From assembly GCF_009914755.1 (NCBI RefSeq), contig NC_060929.1: a DNA stretch of 64,000 bases; one strand, written 5' to 3'. The DNA is from the human T2T-CHM13v2.0 reference genome, Homo sapiens. This document shows, piece after piece, positions 41,290 through 57,647 of this stretch (the first letter of the stretch is position 1; every line of letters starts with the position of its first letter). The position numbers and the translations under genes were made by a program. A model generated the notes under the pieces. The model was given only the letters and a program-made list of their open reading frames with translations, made no database searches and was not told where the DNA came from.

Positions 41290-41470
41290 GAGCTTAACAT
41301 GTGGTCAGACACTGTTCTAAGCACTGTGCCTGTGCTACTGAACTCTCAGCCTTTATGAAATGATTACTATCCCATCCCCCTTTTGAAGATGAGGAACCTG
41401 AAGCATAGAGACAGTATATAACTGCTCAAGATGACACATTATAGAGCCGGCACACTGTCTGGCTCTAGAG
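41290..41470 (-). mobile_element. MIR
   Basis: cactgttctaagcact...ttttgaagatgaggaacctgaagcatagag. Confidence 0.65.
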
Positions 41471-42389
41471 CCCGTATCTTTATCTTATACTGAGTCACTG
41501 GATGGGAGAATAATTATTTTATCATCTAAACCTGACAGTTCGTCGCTGTCACCAAACTCATGCCTGACCCATGCAAGGTGTTCAATAAATGCTGAAAAAA
41601 TTAAATTCTTAGACTTTTTTTTTTTTTTTTTTGCACCTGCAAGAAACCAAATCCAGGTGAGAAGAACAGCAGGGGAAAAGCAGAAGGTATTTTTGAGCCT
41701 CATACTTTATCAAAATATTCTATCATGTCATCCTTCTCAGAATACCACATGTGATAAAATCTAGCCAATGTCTAAAGCAAATATGAGATGCTTTGGAATG
41801 AATAACCAACTTCTAGTCTCTAAGCCTCAACAGGCTAACACTATTATTATTTTGTAATCTGTTATAGAAGTGGGATCATTCTATCAAAATACAGATTATT
41901 TTCCCTTGCAGAAGGAAGACTCAAGAACTAGGATAATTGTAATGACTGAAAGTAAGTTTTCAGAGCCTTCCAAACCACACTATCACTCCAATCAAGTACT
42001 ACAGCACAAACTGTCTTCAAAATACAGATAAAAGTGTTATCAGTGCACATATATACACCTCATGAAAACACTCAGGTACCCTTAAAAGTGCTTAACAGCA
42101 ATCATAATTATGTTGCTTGTACTATCCCACTGTCAATAAAATTCAGTAAAGAGACAATTATGAAGATATATCAATAACTTGTCACTTACTCTGGATGCTA
42201 GTACCATGCTCTTCACAGTTCTCTCACCGTTGTTATTGAAATATTATACCTGACAACAGTAATAGCATAAAGCCCCCAAATACTATATAAATAGGAATCC
42301 AGTCATCAACATTGCTCAGGAATCTACCATCTGCATTGATGGCATTGCTCATCTCTCCTCCTTTCCACATCTCTTCCAATTGAAATGAT

Positions 42390-43375
42390 GAAAATGAAAG
42401 GGTTCTAAGAAAACAATTCTGAGTGGAAAAAAAACGAACTCAAGCCATGTTTATTTTTTCCCTCACACCACAACAATGAACACAAACAGAAGACTTCTAT
42501 GACTAAACGTGGGGGATTTCTCCCCACCAACCAACAAGCAATCACTTGTGCAGTGGACACCAGCTGGGTGTCCTCTAATTTAATTTTGACACTCTACCTG
42601 GAGATAGTATAGTGTCAGATCGCACAGGCTGAGAGCTCAGTCCCCCAAAACTGCCCTCTCTTTAGACACCCGTTGCCAGTCTGGGTCTCCAGAAATTCTG
42701 ACCAACTGGCTTTGAGTTGGGGTTCTACTGCCCTCTCTTTGAGTTCGATTAATTTGCTGGAATAGCTCATAGAACTCAGGAAAACACTTAAGTTTACTGG
42801 TTTATTATAAAGGATATTAAAAAGAATATAGATGAAGAAATGTGTTGGGCAAAGTATGGGGGAAAGGGTGTGAAGCTTCCAGGCTCTCTCCAGGCATGCT
42901 GTCCTCCAGGAACCTCCACACACATTTAGCTATCCAGAAGCTCCCCGAACCCTGTTATCTTGGGCCTTTTATGGAGACTTCACTGGATAGACATGAATGA
43001 AGCATCGACAACCATGTCAAAATGTGATTGGACAAAAAAGGTATAATTTAATGCTAATAAACTGATTGAAAAAACCCAACGAGGCCTGTCTCTTCAGATT
43101 TTTCTGGCCTTTCTGTGCACATTCCTTCTCTAGAGTATGGGGTAGGACCCTCTCTGAAATGGGGATCTTTGACTCACAATCAGATCAGAGTCCTGCCTTG
43201 AGTAAGTAAAAGAAGGACAAAAAACAGGTCGGAGAGAAATTCTGTTTCCTGAGACCTGCTTCTGAGGCCTAAAGCACCCCAACATTATAACATTATAGAG
43301 TCTGTAACAAAGACTATGAAAATTATGAGCCAGGAACTGTGGACAAAAAACAATAGATATATCATAGCATCATAG
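42390..43375 (-). mobile_element. MER21-like solo LTR
   Basis: gtggacaccagctgggtgtcct...gctcagtccccca...atttgctggaatagctcatagaactcagg...atgagccaggaactgtggac. Confidence 0.7.
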
Positions 43376-44591
43376 CAGTCTAGCCTCACCTGTAATTTTT
43401 CGTATTTCTAGGACTTCCTCCAAGCTGACGTTAAGAATTAGTTATAATCCGGAAACTATTTATTGGACAATTTGCTTTTACTGGGTAAAACACTTGTTAT
43501 TATTATACCTTTTAAATTTAAGTGTCTTTAAGCTCATTGTTCAGATTTACCATTTACTTCCTACAAGAGGAAGAGATTTTTTTCTTTCCATGGTAATTTG
43601 GCCAGCATGGGCTGAGCTTTTGTCATTCACAAGTTCTATCTTCCTCCACTATCCCTTCTGTTGGCTGGATATGAGGCCATTGGATATGGATTTTTTTTAG
43701 ATCACAAACTTGAAAGGCAGCAGCATTCTGCTACAAAACAATCTGTTCAAATTGAACAGGGAGGTTCTCGGATTATCCAACATTTAAAGAGTAATCGATA
43801 CAACTAATCAATTGTCATTTAAAAATGTTCATGTTTGGACAAGAGTCTAGGGAAATTTCTGAAATGTCTGACAGTTTTTGAGAGCCAATACCTGAAATTT
43901 GAGAGAAGACAATGACATGGATGCTTCAGCACAACCACCTTTAAATTGTAATAAAAACTAAGAGGAGATAGAAAACAGGTCCATGATAAATTCTAAATCT
44001 AAGTTTAGCCAGGAGTTGTAAGTATGCTTCACAAGATTTTTTTTTTTTTAATCAATCATTATCCTGGTTTTATTTTCTCCTTCCTTGGTAAGAAATGTCA
44101 ATAGAAGATGATGAAGGCATACCTAAAGGTATGCCACAGACTGAATAACACAATGCTAAAAATGTCTGCATTGGTACAATAAGTTATTATTTTCAGTTTT
44201 GCACGGACTATCAATTGTATTCATAATTAGTCTTGGGAAGCAGAAATGGCATTTTAACAAGACCATTTTCATACTTACAACGAGGCATTTAAAGAGTCAG
44301 GATTAGAAACCACATCTTCTGGTTCCAAAATCAGAGTTCTTTCTATTACTGTTCTGTACTGATTTCAATATGCCTTTGCTGTAGAACTCCAACACATCTT
44401 ACATGCATTGAAACACTTATTATACTCCATTTCAGAAACTCTTGATAAGAAATAATACCTTTATGCATGGTGTTCAGATTATAGAAGGATAAAGGGGCCT
44501 GTAACATGCCAAAACTTAAATTGGCCAATGAAAATTTTGCTGGATGGTTCAAAAGCAAGCTTTAGAATTTAGTTAGAAATATAAAATACTA

Positions 44592-44730
44592 GGCTGGGCG
44601 CAGTGGCTCACGCCTGTAATCCTAGCACTTTGGGAGGCCGAGGCGGGCGGATTGCCTGAGCTCAGGAGTTCGAGACCAGCCTGGGCAACATGGTGAAACT
44701 TCGTCTCTACTAAAATACAAAAAAATAAAT
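44592..44730 (+). mobile_element. Alu left monomer only, with flanking direct repeat
   Basis: CpG-rich left arm ending at the middle A-linker; ataaaatacta on both sides. Confidence 0.8.
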
Positions 44731-44841
44731 AAATAAAATACTAAAGTGTTTGTCAAACAACCTGGATCATTTTAAACTCACACTTTGTGCAATGACCTTA
44801 AGTTGCCTTAAGATGTCATTCAAAATAATTCCAATCTCTCA

Positions 44842-45145
<304 letters not shown>

Positions 45146-45436
45146 AGCTGGATTCCATAAAAATAAATTTTAATATGGCCTATTTTAGAAAGTACTTATT
45201 ATTAGTTCTTTGAAAATGACGCAAGTTTTAAGGTAGGTTTTTCTTCTGAATCATCACAACTAAATATTTGTGACACAGGCACAGGAGGAAAAACAAACTT
45301 CACTGAGTAAAACCGTAAACAGAAGAGGGAAAATCAACAGAAGACTTCAATAAACTGACAGACTTTTAAATGTAGGACTGCATAAAAAACACTAACATTT
45401 GAAAAATTGAATTTGTTGATAGGTCCTTCAAATGAA

Positions 45437-45925
45437 TGTAGAAGGCTGAATAATGGCCCCGAAAGAAACCTAGACCTAGAACCTGTGAATGTTGCCTTAT
45501 TTGGCAAAAGGGATTTTGCAGATGTGATTAAGTTAAGGATCTTGAGATGGGGGGATTACCCTGGATTAGCCGAGTGGGCCCCAAATGTAATCATAACTAT
45601 CCTCACAAGAGGGATGCAGAGGGACATTTAGCTACAGAAGGTGATATGATGAAGGAAGATACAGATTTGAAGATTCCATGTGCTGGCTCTAAAGATGAAG
45701 GGAGAGGCCATGAACCAGGAATGCAGTTCTAGAAGCTAGAAAAGTCAAGGGAACCATTGTCCCCTACAGCCTCCTGAAGGAGTGTGGGCTTCTCACACTT
45801 TGATTTCAGCCCAGTTAAACTGCTTTCGTACTTCTGACCTCTAGAACCATATGAGAATGAACGTGTGTTGTTTTAAGCCACCAAGTTAGTGTAATTTCTT
45901 ATAGTAGATATAGAAAACTAATACA
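45437..45925 (+). mobile_element. MLT1D-like MaLR solo LTR
   Basis: tgtagaaggctgaataatggcccc...tttgcagatgtgattaagttaagg...ttttaagccaccaag...aaactaataca. Confidence 0.82.
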
Positions 45926-48121
45926 GTAATAGTGATAAAAACCATCATCCAGTTAAAATCTATCAACTCTCTACCACCTAAAATTATTCTAAATTCTATT
46001 ATATGTGTTTTTTCATTAAGAATGTTTAATAGTGATAGAATTACCGAAAACCAGCATAAAATCTTAATAAAAGGAACTTTATATTTATTAAAGCAATTTT
46101 AGGCAATATGTTTGCCAACTGGGTATCTTCGACTGCACTGTAATTTGATGAAAATTAAAGCTCAAGAATAACAAATTACTGTCATGGGACAAGTTATAGC
46201 AATTGTTCAAAAGTAACAAGCGTAGTTGAGTAGTAAGTCTATTTTTCTCATTTCACTAAACAGCAAACCAACATGTCATTTAGAAATAACACTGTTTCAG
46301 AAGTAAAAAGAATAAAAAAAAAGAAATTCAACAAGAGAATCAGAAACAAAAGGAAAAATTAAAAAAGAATAAAACAACAACAGAAGAAGCAGCAGCACTG
46401 TTACAAAAATAAAACACCTGAAAAGTAGGGGGAAAGGTGGAGAAAAACATTTTGTTGAATTCCTATTACATGTAAACACCTTATATATATAGTCTCATTT
46501 ACATTTCAAACAACTCTAAGATATAAAAGTAGATTTAAAAAATAATAACATGACTTGTTGGAGGAGGGGGCAGTTTAAGTAACTGGTCAAAGGTCACAGC
46601 TAGTACTGGTATTTCTGGGATTAAAATCCAAGACTAACTCCAAAGCCCATAACTTTTCACTACTTATAGAAACTAAACTTAAATTTCTTCTTTGCTTCTG
46701 AATAACTCAATGACCAACTCAAAATCTCATAAATTATAAATCTTTGTTAGTGTCATGCTGGCAAAATACATTCTATTTTCTCACTCTAAGACAGCCATAT
46801 GCCCATGTAAGTTATTATACCTTTATGTAAATATTAGAAAATATTTTATTTCTTTGATTAGGCCAGGCCCTTCTAAAATCTGAGAATTTTAACTTTGCTC
46901 ATGCAAACAAACTTTTCATAACTGAAAACCCACAAGTATGAAACATGGTCTCATTATCTTATTCACTCCTTCAATATTTATTGACTGTCTACTCTTGTAT
47001 CTTGTGTTAGACACAATGGCAAGTAAAGCAGATAGTTCCTAGCCTTGTCAAATTAATGGTCTAGTGGGGAGGGGAGGCAGACTACTAAATAATCAACTTA
47101 CAATGTGTGATGTGTCATGAAAGAATGATGCAAAGAAACAGGAGTACAAAAAGATACTCTTCAACCATCACAATGCTTTATTTGCCCCATATAAAGCAAT
47201 AGTCTATGTAAGTGATTACTAATCATTTATGATACAGATCTATCTAAAACACATTTACATTTCATACTTTCCATCTTCTTAATTGCTTTTTCTTTCATCA
47301 CTTAGGTATGGGATGATTACTGGGCAGCACTTTCAGAGTCTCCAAATAAACACTCTCATAGCACCAGTTATCTCTCCTCACGACACGTGTCACAATTACA
47401 ACTTTATTTTTAACTGTGATATTTTAAGAGTCTACCCCCAGACATTTATGGAGTACCAGATCTATCCTTCCACCTTAAATAACTAAAACACTAGACAAAA
47501 TATAAGAAACAAGTTTTCAGACACTGCACAATAAATAGCATGGCACCGTGATCTCTGAGAGGCAGGAAACAACCTTGCTCTACACATATTCTTGCTTACT
47601 GGAGAGAGCTCCAGACCACAGCACAGGGAAGGGAGCCATAACAGAGCCCTGAGTTTAAGACAAAGTTGAAAATTTGGAGAGGTAAGGCAGCTAGAATTTG
47701 CAGGACAGAGTATTAAAGAGGAGGGAGCTGAACACAGGTGAGCTGCACAGAAAAAGCACTTGAAATCTATAGAGGATTCCTCTCATGTTTTCAGCTAAGT
47801 AGTGATCAGTACATACCTTTGTCAAGACAGTCTAAGTCCAGAGAAGAGCCACTAGGAAGAGCAAGTAGAACAATCCCCAGGACTCACATAAAACCAGAAA
47901 CAGTTCATGTTCATTCAGCCAGAAGGGAGAGCACATGGGACATTGGGTAAAGTTTCCATAAAGGCATCTCCTCAGTAATGAGCTAAAATTAGCTGTACAG
48001 TAAAAGGCTGCTCTGGTCCCACACAACACAGCTTAAAAGTAAGCTTTGAAAAGATCATACTGTTTCCAATCAACTTCACTGAGTCTCAGAACAAAGCTCA
48101 AGAATATTTAAAAGAATATAA

Positions 48122-48464
<343 letters not shown>

Positions 48465-48901
48465 CTAACATTCAGTGGATAAGTAAAACATAACCCATAA
48501 TGAGCAGGAAATTCAATAAACAGAAACACACCCAGAAATGACATAGATGATAGAACAGGTAGACAAGAACATTAAGATAGTTATTAAAACTACAGTCTAC
48601 ATGTTCAATAAGGTAGACGAAGACATAAGCAGTTACACTTGAACGTATTAAAAAGCCCCAAATCAATTTTCTAGAGATGAAAATGTCTGGATGAAATAAA
48701 AAGCAGATAAGGCATTACAGAAAAAAAAGGAAACCAGTTAATTTGATAAGATAGAAATCAAAACTATCCAAAATGAAGCACAGAAAAAAACCCTGAAAAA
48801 AAAATATAGTACTAATGTGATTGATTACTGTGGGATAACTTCAAGCAACCTAATATGCATGCAACTGAAGTCCTCAAAAGTGGGAAGGATTAAAAATAAT
48901 T

Positions 48902-49194
<293 letters not shown>

Positions 49195-49935
49195 ATTATT
49201 TTAAGAATTTTGCTTGAAAAAATGTCCAAATCTGATACTACTATAAAGCCATAGATCTGAGAAGTTCAACAAACCACAAGCGCAAAAAAAAAATTAAGAA
49301 AACTATGCCAAGGGCAAAGGGACATCATAATTAAATTACTTAAAGCCAATGATAAAACCTTAAGCACAGTCTTGGGTTATGGAGCATATTACATACAATT
49401 GAAAATAAGAATGGCAGTTGACTTCTCATTGGAAACAATGCAAACCAGAAGAAGACAGAATATCTATAAAGTATAGAAAGAAAAAAAACTTGTCAACCTA
49501 ACGATTTTCTACCCAGCAAAAAACATCTTTCATCTTTCAGAATTTACCCAAGTGAATTTAGGGTAATGAAAATGTCTTAGAACTACATAGAGGTGATGGT
49601 TACATAACACTGTGAATGTACTAAATGCACTGAATTGCACTTTTGAATGGTTAATGGTTTATGTTATGTGAATTTTACCTTAAAAAAAAAAAACTCTTAA
49701 AAACAGGAGAGTGGAATAAAGATTTTCTCAGACATACAAAAGCTGAAAGAATCCATCATTAGTGGACCTGACTATGAGAAAATGTTAAAGAAAAGTTTTA
49801 GGAAGAAGAAAATGATTCCATATAGATATCTGGATCTACTCAAAGGAATGAAGAGCACCAAAAGGGGTAAATATGCAGGTAAATACATATATATTTTAAT
49901 TGCAAAAGTCTCTTTAAAAGATAATTGACCGTTTA

Positions 49936-50256
<321 letters not shown>

Positions 50257-50628
50257 TTATAACATTAGGATTAAATATATAACAATAACAAAGGCAGGGA
50301 GATAAAACTGTATTATTGTAAGGTTCTTATTATATATGAAGTAGTAAAATGGATCACCTAAAGGTAGACTGTGATAAGTTAAAGATGTATACTATAAACC
50401 CTAAAGAATCATTTAAAAAGAAAAGGTATAGTTAGTAAGCTAACAAAAGAGATGAAATAAATCATAAAAAAACACTCAATCTAAAGTAATGCAAAAGAGA
50501 AAAGAAGGAGAGGAATAAAGAACAGATGGAACAAACAGAACATACATAAGATGGTAGACTTAAACCCAATCATATCAATAATATTAAATGTACATGATCT
50601 AAACACCCACAATTAAAAGGCAGAGATT

Positions 50629-50765
50629 AGCTAGGTGCCATGGCATTTGCCTGTAGTCCCAGCTACCTGGGAGGCTGAGGTGAGCTCAGGAATTTGAAGT
50701 CCAGCCTAGGCAACACTGCAAGACCCTGTCTCTTAGAAAATAAATTAAAAAAATAAAAAATAAAA
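50629..50765 (+). mobile_element. FLAM_A-like Alu monomer
   Basis: Single arm; taaaaggcaga flanks both ends. Confidence 0.7.
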
Positions 50766-51261
50766 GGCAGAAATTGTCAGATTGTATATAAAGCAACAAC
50801 CTATATGATGCTTATAAGAAAACCATTTTGAAGACCACCTTAAAAATCATTTTAAATATAAAGACACCTATAGGTTAAAAGAGGATGAAAAAAGATATAC
50901 CTCGCAAATATCAATCATAAGGTCTGCCCCATCCCCAGAATGAAATCTCCATGAAGGCAGGGGCCATGTGCATTTTGTTCACCTTGTGTCTCCAACAATC
51001 AGCAAGACTGCACACAATATCTGTTAAGTGAATGAAATTCTTTTAAAATGTATGGGACCTTCTACCCCACATTACTACAATTCCCAGGCTACAATGTCAT
51101 CATTGCTCAAGGTTTTGAAAAAGTATTTCCTGAGGCCAACAACAGCTGTTCTCTTTGCTATTATCTATACCTCACTTCCGAAAGTCTATTCTCTTTTCCC
51201 TGCCCAGTCTGCTGGGGGCTGAGAAACCTGATAACCAATCTTGTTAGAACTGTGTCAAAAG

Positions 51262-51304
51262 TAAAACAAAACAAAACAAAACAAAACAAAACAAAACAAA
51301 AACA
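51262..51304. repeat. (AAAAC)n pentanucleotide microsatellite
   Basis: About 8 perfect units. Confidence 0.92.
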
Positions 51305-51980
51305 CTAGTACTGAGTGAAGGTGTGTTTTGCTTTCCCTGAGTAAAGTAAATATATTTGGCTATTCCCTGAGAGTACTAAACATTTCTTAGTTATCATGCT
51401 TTCTTCTCAACAAAAATATTTTGAGGACCAGCTAGAAGCTTCTTGCCACGCACGGGGTGATAGAGGAATAGAAAACAGATTTGTGGGTTTGGGTTTTTAA
51501 AGTATGGGGAGGGTAAGTAGAAATTCAGCTATTCCAACTGAGTTCTCCTCCCACCCCAACATTTTTACATATGTTTTTCTTCATCGCATCCTCACCCTAA
51601 GCTAAAGAGTAAGGCATGAACTTTAAGGAGTTAAAGGACTGACTCCTGGTGTTTCTGTGTATTTGTTCCATTTTTTTCCACAAAGTTTGGAACACGCTTT
51701 CCTTAGTGCGAATGTAATACATGATATTTAGATTTGTAAGTAACAACACATTTTAACATTTCAACAGGTCCAATGCTAGGTACTTAGTACATGACAGGTC
51801 ATAACACCCATGGACTTTAAAAAATTACAAACTGTGGTAAGTGTTACCAAGGAAAATGAAGAGCTATGAGAAAGAGAGCAAACAAAGGCAATGGAAAAAG
51901 AGGGACCTAATTGAAGTTGGTTAGTTTGCTAAAGAGTGGGAATCTGACAGATGATAGTGTTTCAGGTTCAGGCAACAGCA

Positions 51981-52522
51981 TGTGTATGGCAAAGTACATT
52001 CCCCAAAGATGGCTGCAACAGTATCTCCTGTCCCTCTTTTAGAACACCTTGTTATTTCCCTATCAAGAGGTAGAGTCCATGTGCTCTCTCCCCTTAAGCC
52101 TGAGTGGGCCTTTGTGACTGCCTGAACCAAAATAATGAGGCAAAAGTAACACTGTGTACTTCTTGAGTCTACATTGTATTAGGCCATTCAGCTTCTGCCT
52201 GCTTCTCTTAGGATACTCACTCTTAGAACCCAGCCACCATGCTGTAAGGACAAGCAGCCTGTGGAGAGGAATCAAGAGGAATCAAGACCTCCACCCTAGT
52301 TGACTTCCTGGCCAAGAGTAAAGACTATCTTGCCAACCACATGAGTGACCCGTTTAAAAGTAAACCCCACAGCCCTCAGTTAAGCCACCCCAGCCAATGC
52401 CATATGGAACAGAGATGAGCTCTCTCTCACAAACTCTGCCAAAATTGCACATTTGTAAGCTAAACAATTGTTTTTTTAAGCCACTAAATTTTGGGATGGT
52501 TTGTCATGTTGCAAGAGAGACA
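51981..52522 (+). mobile_element. MLT1F/G-like MaLR LTR within L2 sequence
   Basis: aaagatggctgcaaca...gaacccagccaccatgctgtaagg...ttttaagccactaaattttgggatggtttgt. Confidence 0.72.
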
Positions 52523-53183
52523 ATGAGAACAATGTGCAAAGATCTTGAGGCTGGCAAGAGCTTGTCAGGTCCAGAAACTGCAAAGTACAGTGTAGCTGAA
52601 CACAGACATAAAAAACAAAGCATCAACGCCAGCAGCAACCACAACAGCTAACATTAGGTATTTGTTATGTTATACAGGCATTGTTGTAGGTGATTGATAT
52701 TCATTATTTAATCATCACAATATTGCTATTGATATGTGTTAATCATCACAATCCTATTGGTAAATACTATTAGAACATCAATTTTTGATATGAAAAAATG
52801 GAGGGACAGAGCAGTTTAGTGACCTACCCAAGATCACACCCCAACCCCAGTCTAGTACAAGAGCCCAAGCTATTAACAATAATGCCACATTGCCTCTCAA
52901 AGGACAGAATGGCATAAAATGAGGTTTAGAAAGCCAGATAAACCCCAGGTTATGCAGATTCCTATAGACTATGGTAGGAAGTTTAGATGTCAGTTTACAA
53001 GCAATGGAACACTATTGAGTTTTAAGCAAGGTAGGTAGTATGTAATCCATTTTATATTTAAAAGATCATTCTCGCTGCATACAGAGAACGTATCAGAAGG
53101 CAATAACATTTGACAGCAAAGTACCCTTTGAGAATAAAATTAGAAGACCCAAAATGTAATAGTTCATTGAAAGAATACATTTT

Positions 53184-53507
<324 letters not shown>

Positions 53508-53539
53508 TCAAGCTAATAACACTGAACTCCATGATCAAC

Positions 53540-54250
53540 TTGAACATACAAAAAGAGAAATGGCAAGACAGACATTGCTATGTGCCTCCCTGTGTAACGC
53601 AACAGGCAAGAAGCATACCACACCACCCATGACATAGCTTGGGAGGAAAAAAAGTAAAACCTGAATCTCAGCATGCCGAGATCTAGCAACAAGTTCACCA
53701 CAAACAGAACAGAGGAACATTTTAAAGGATACCATGAGTCTGCCAAATAAAGATTGTGAAAAATTCTACAGGACAAATTGGGTAAATAAACAGCAAGAAA
53801 AGGAGGGGAAGGAGGCTGTTATAGACTGAAAGAGATCCACAAACATAACAACCAAATATAATGTGTGGACCATGTTTGAAAGCTGATTTGAATAATCCAA
53901 TAGTAAAAAAGACATTGATGAGGCAACTGGGGAACTGTGATCACTTATTAGATATTAAGGAATTATTAAGTGATTTTTCTGATATGATAATGGTACTGAA
54001 GATGTGTTAAGAGTCCTTATTTCTTAGTAATACACAGTCATATATTTACAGGTAAAATTATATGATACCTGGAATTTACTTTAAAATAATCTAGAGAGGT
54101 GCAGGCAGTACAGACAAAACAATATGAGCCACATGTTAATAATTGTTGAAGCCAGGTGATGAATGTATAGGGGTTAATTATACAATCCTCCTTAGGTTTT
54201 TGTATACTTAAAACTTTCTGTACACTTAATACAAAGTTTAAATTTAAAAC
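53540..54250 (+). mobile_element. Old L1ME 3' end fragment
   Basis: aacctgaatct...tagatattaaggaattatt...gaagccaggtgatgaatgtatagggg pattern. Confidence 0.6.
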
Positions 54251-55551
54251 ATTTTTAGAAGTCTGTTTAAGCTCCCAAAATCCAACTAAGGTGAGGCTGT
54301 AAAACTCCAGCAGGAATGACAGGCTAATGACTAAGTATAAAACCTCCTCCAGGGTTTTGCTGTCTGCTTTTAAGAACATGCAACCCGAAAGCAGACAACT
54401 ATGTAAGTTAGAACAGGGGATTTATGAGAGGTGATTAGGCAGTGCCTTTAGCACTCTCTAGAAGAGAAGGGGTCCTGACGCAGCTAAGTGGTAGGTCACG
54501 ATTGATGCAGGAGATTAATGCAGTACCAGATACCCAATCCACTATCCTTTTCCTCAAGCAAGCTTCTGATTACAATCTGGATTCCACTGTGGCATTTGTT
54601 TTCCTATGTGAGAATACATTTTTAATGACTTATTAATAAACTTCCATTCTAGTTTATACATCAGTCTCTTTGAGTTTTAGTATGGTAAACCAGTTCTTAA
54701 GAGCCCCAAATCAAACATCTTAAATAAGCAATTGGTAAGCTAAAAAGCCCAGACTGGGCAATCTGCTGACCATACCAAAATGCTGTCAGCTTTTCACCAT
54801 GGACCTTTTTCTTACTGTACATCCTTCACATAGGTAATAGAGCTATTTAATGTTATTTTAAAATGCACTTATAATAAATAGAAAATAAATTTCTAACAAT
54901 AATAGTTACCATTCATTGAGTAGCTATTAGTACATCAGGCACTAGACCCTTTGTATACATTTTACCTAAATCTTAAAGCTAGATGGGGCACATATTCTCA
55001 TTTCACAGATGAGGAAAATGATGTTAAGTGACCTATTCAAGATCACACAGCCAAGATGAGGATGGAGCCAGAATTCAAACCTAGATCTGATGGTAAGCCA
55101 AACAGCCTCTTAAAATGTTGTAGACTAAATAGATTCCTGTGGTTTCACATTGTTACCAAACCCAAAATATAATCTCTATGAGAACATGTTTAATAATTTG
55201 AGTACCTAGTGAATGCCAGGCATTCTGTTAAGAGCTGTGGGGAATACACAAAGAAGAAACATACACAGACTCTATTCTCAAAGACAGTTCATCTAAAAAA
55301 AATCTTGTTAATAGAAGATAATTACAATATGAGTGGAAAGTAATAAATGCCATGGGGAGGTAATATATAGCACTATGAGGATTCAGGAGAGAGAGAGATT
55401 TCAAAATACGTTCAAGAAACAAACTCATAAAACAGCCAATTTTTAGTTTGACACCGTACCAATGGATTACTGTACTAAGTGGTGGACATTTCTATTTCTA
55501 AAGGAAAGAAGAATACACGGCCAAGCAACAGAAGGCTAGGCTCTACCATCA

Positions 55552-55771
<220 letters not shown>

Positions 55772-56832
55772 CAATAACACAGGCACCAATTTACAAGAGG
55801 CCATTCTGTACTTGAAAACAAAAATAAAACATTAAAAAAATTTAAAGGGCAGAATCTCTAAGGTTCTTTCCTTCATCTACATGAAAAATCTACTTTAAAA
55901 TGTTGATATATGATTATAGTAATTTTCTCTTCTATTCAACTTAGACTACAACATTCAAAATTACTAAAAGAGAAAAACAGTCCCTCTGGTGTCAAATTAG
56001 TACACTTATTGCATAGATGCTACATTTTTTAGGTGAACCGAAATTTCACTCTGATGCTTAGAATCCTCCAGAGATTCCCAAGATCTATAAAGACTGACTC
56101 ATAGAGGGGACATATGAAGTTCCCTGGCACAACTTGACTTGTAACCTCTAGCAGAAACTGGCTAGGTAAGAGGTCTAGGTTGCATCCCTGTACTCAGCCT
56201 GAGGCAGCTAAAGGTCAAGGTGATGTCAATCACTGCAAATATAACCTACAAGAAAATGCTATCTTACCAGGGCAGGGATTTTCTATTAAGTCCACTGCTG
56301 TCATACTTCCAACATTTAGAAGAGTGCCAGGCACACAGTAATTACTCAGTAGACATTTGTTAAATGAATTTATAGACAAGGCAATCCATGCCCTCATGAT
56401 ACTTAGTCTAAACTAATGCTACCATAAGAATTTAGAAACATATTTTTAGGTAATATGAGCTTCTTTTATTTATTTTTTTTATTAACTGTTCATATCTTAA
56501 ACCCCAGTCTGAATAAATTGACAATACCTGACCTTAAAGTTTCCCATAACTGGTAAACAGGTTTAATAAATAAGACCAAATCAGATATTTAAATACTTTT
56601 CTGTACTTTAACCAATAAGATGGCTTATACAGAAGAGTTTTCATAAAAACAATATTACTTAAGTGTATCTTATAAAATTTATAACAGTAGAATTAATGAT
56701 TACTCATCATAAATAATATTTAAAACTCAAATTGCTTACTGAGAAGTAATATTTTCATGGCTCCATCACAGCCCCTAAAATCAGCATAATATTTCAAAAG
56801 AATCAATGAAGTCAGAACATTAAATAGACAAG

Positions 56833-57140
56833 CTTGTTGAGCATAGTGGCTCATGTCTGTAATCCCAGCACTTTGGAAAGCCAAGGTGGAGGGATCACTT
56901 GAGGCCAGGAGTTTGATTCCAGCCTGGCCAGTATAGCAAGACCCCATCTCTACCAAAAAAAAAAACAAAAAAAAAAACCATAAAAAAATTAGCCAGGCAT
57001 GGTGACACAAAAGCCTGTAGAACCAGCTACTTGGAAGGCTGAGGCAGAAGAATCCCTTGAGCCCAGGAGTTGAGGCTGCAGGCTGGGTGACAGAGCAAGA
57101 CCCTGTCTCTAAAACAGCTAAGTAAATAAATAGATAAATA
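56833..57140 (+). mobile_element. AluJ-like element, diverged
   Basis: Dimeric Alu with an internal deletion. Confidence 0.8.
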
Positions 57141-57257
57141 GATAAGTTTCTTGGAAATATAATACAAGGGAAAAAAAGGAAAAAAAATTAAGTGGATTTT
57201 GATTGGAAGGGAACAGATATATTCCATAAAATTATTTTTGGCCTTCAGTAGTACCAA

Positions 57258-57260
<3 letters not shown>

Positions 57261-57295
<35 letters not shown>
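57261..57295. repeat. Isolated A35 homopolymer
   Basis: 35 consecutive A, not attached to an Alu body. Confidence 0.92.
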
Positions 57296-57298
<3 letters not shown>

Positions 57299-57332
57299 TG
57301 TCATGCTCTTTATTTAGAAGTTAAAGAATTAC

Positions 57333-57647
57333 AGGTCAGGTGCCAGCAGCTCACGCCTGTAATTCCAGCACACTGGGAGGCTGAGGTGGATGGATCACTT
57401 GAGTTCAGGAATTCAAGACCAGCCTGAGCAACATGACAAAACCCCATCTCTACAAAAAATAGCCGGGCACAGTGGGGTGTGCCTCTAGTCCCAGCTACTT
57501 GGTGGTGAGGCAAGAGGCGAGGTAGGAGGCAGAAGATCACTAAAGCCCCGGAGGTTGAGGGTGCAGTAAGCCGAGACTGTGCCACTACACTCCAGCCTGG
57601 ATGACAGAGCGAGACCTTGTCTCAAAAAAAAAAAAAAAAAAAAAAAA
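57333..57647 (+). mobile_element. AluJ-like element
   Basis: Dimeric Alu with poly(A). Confidence 0.85.
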
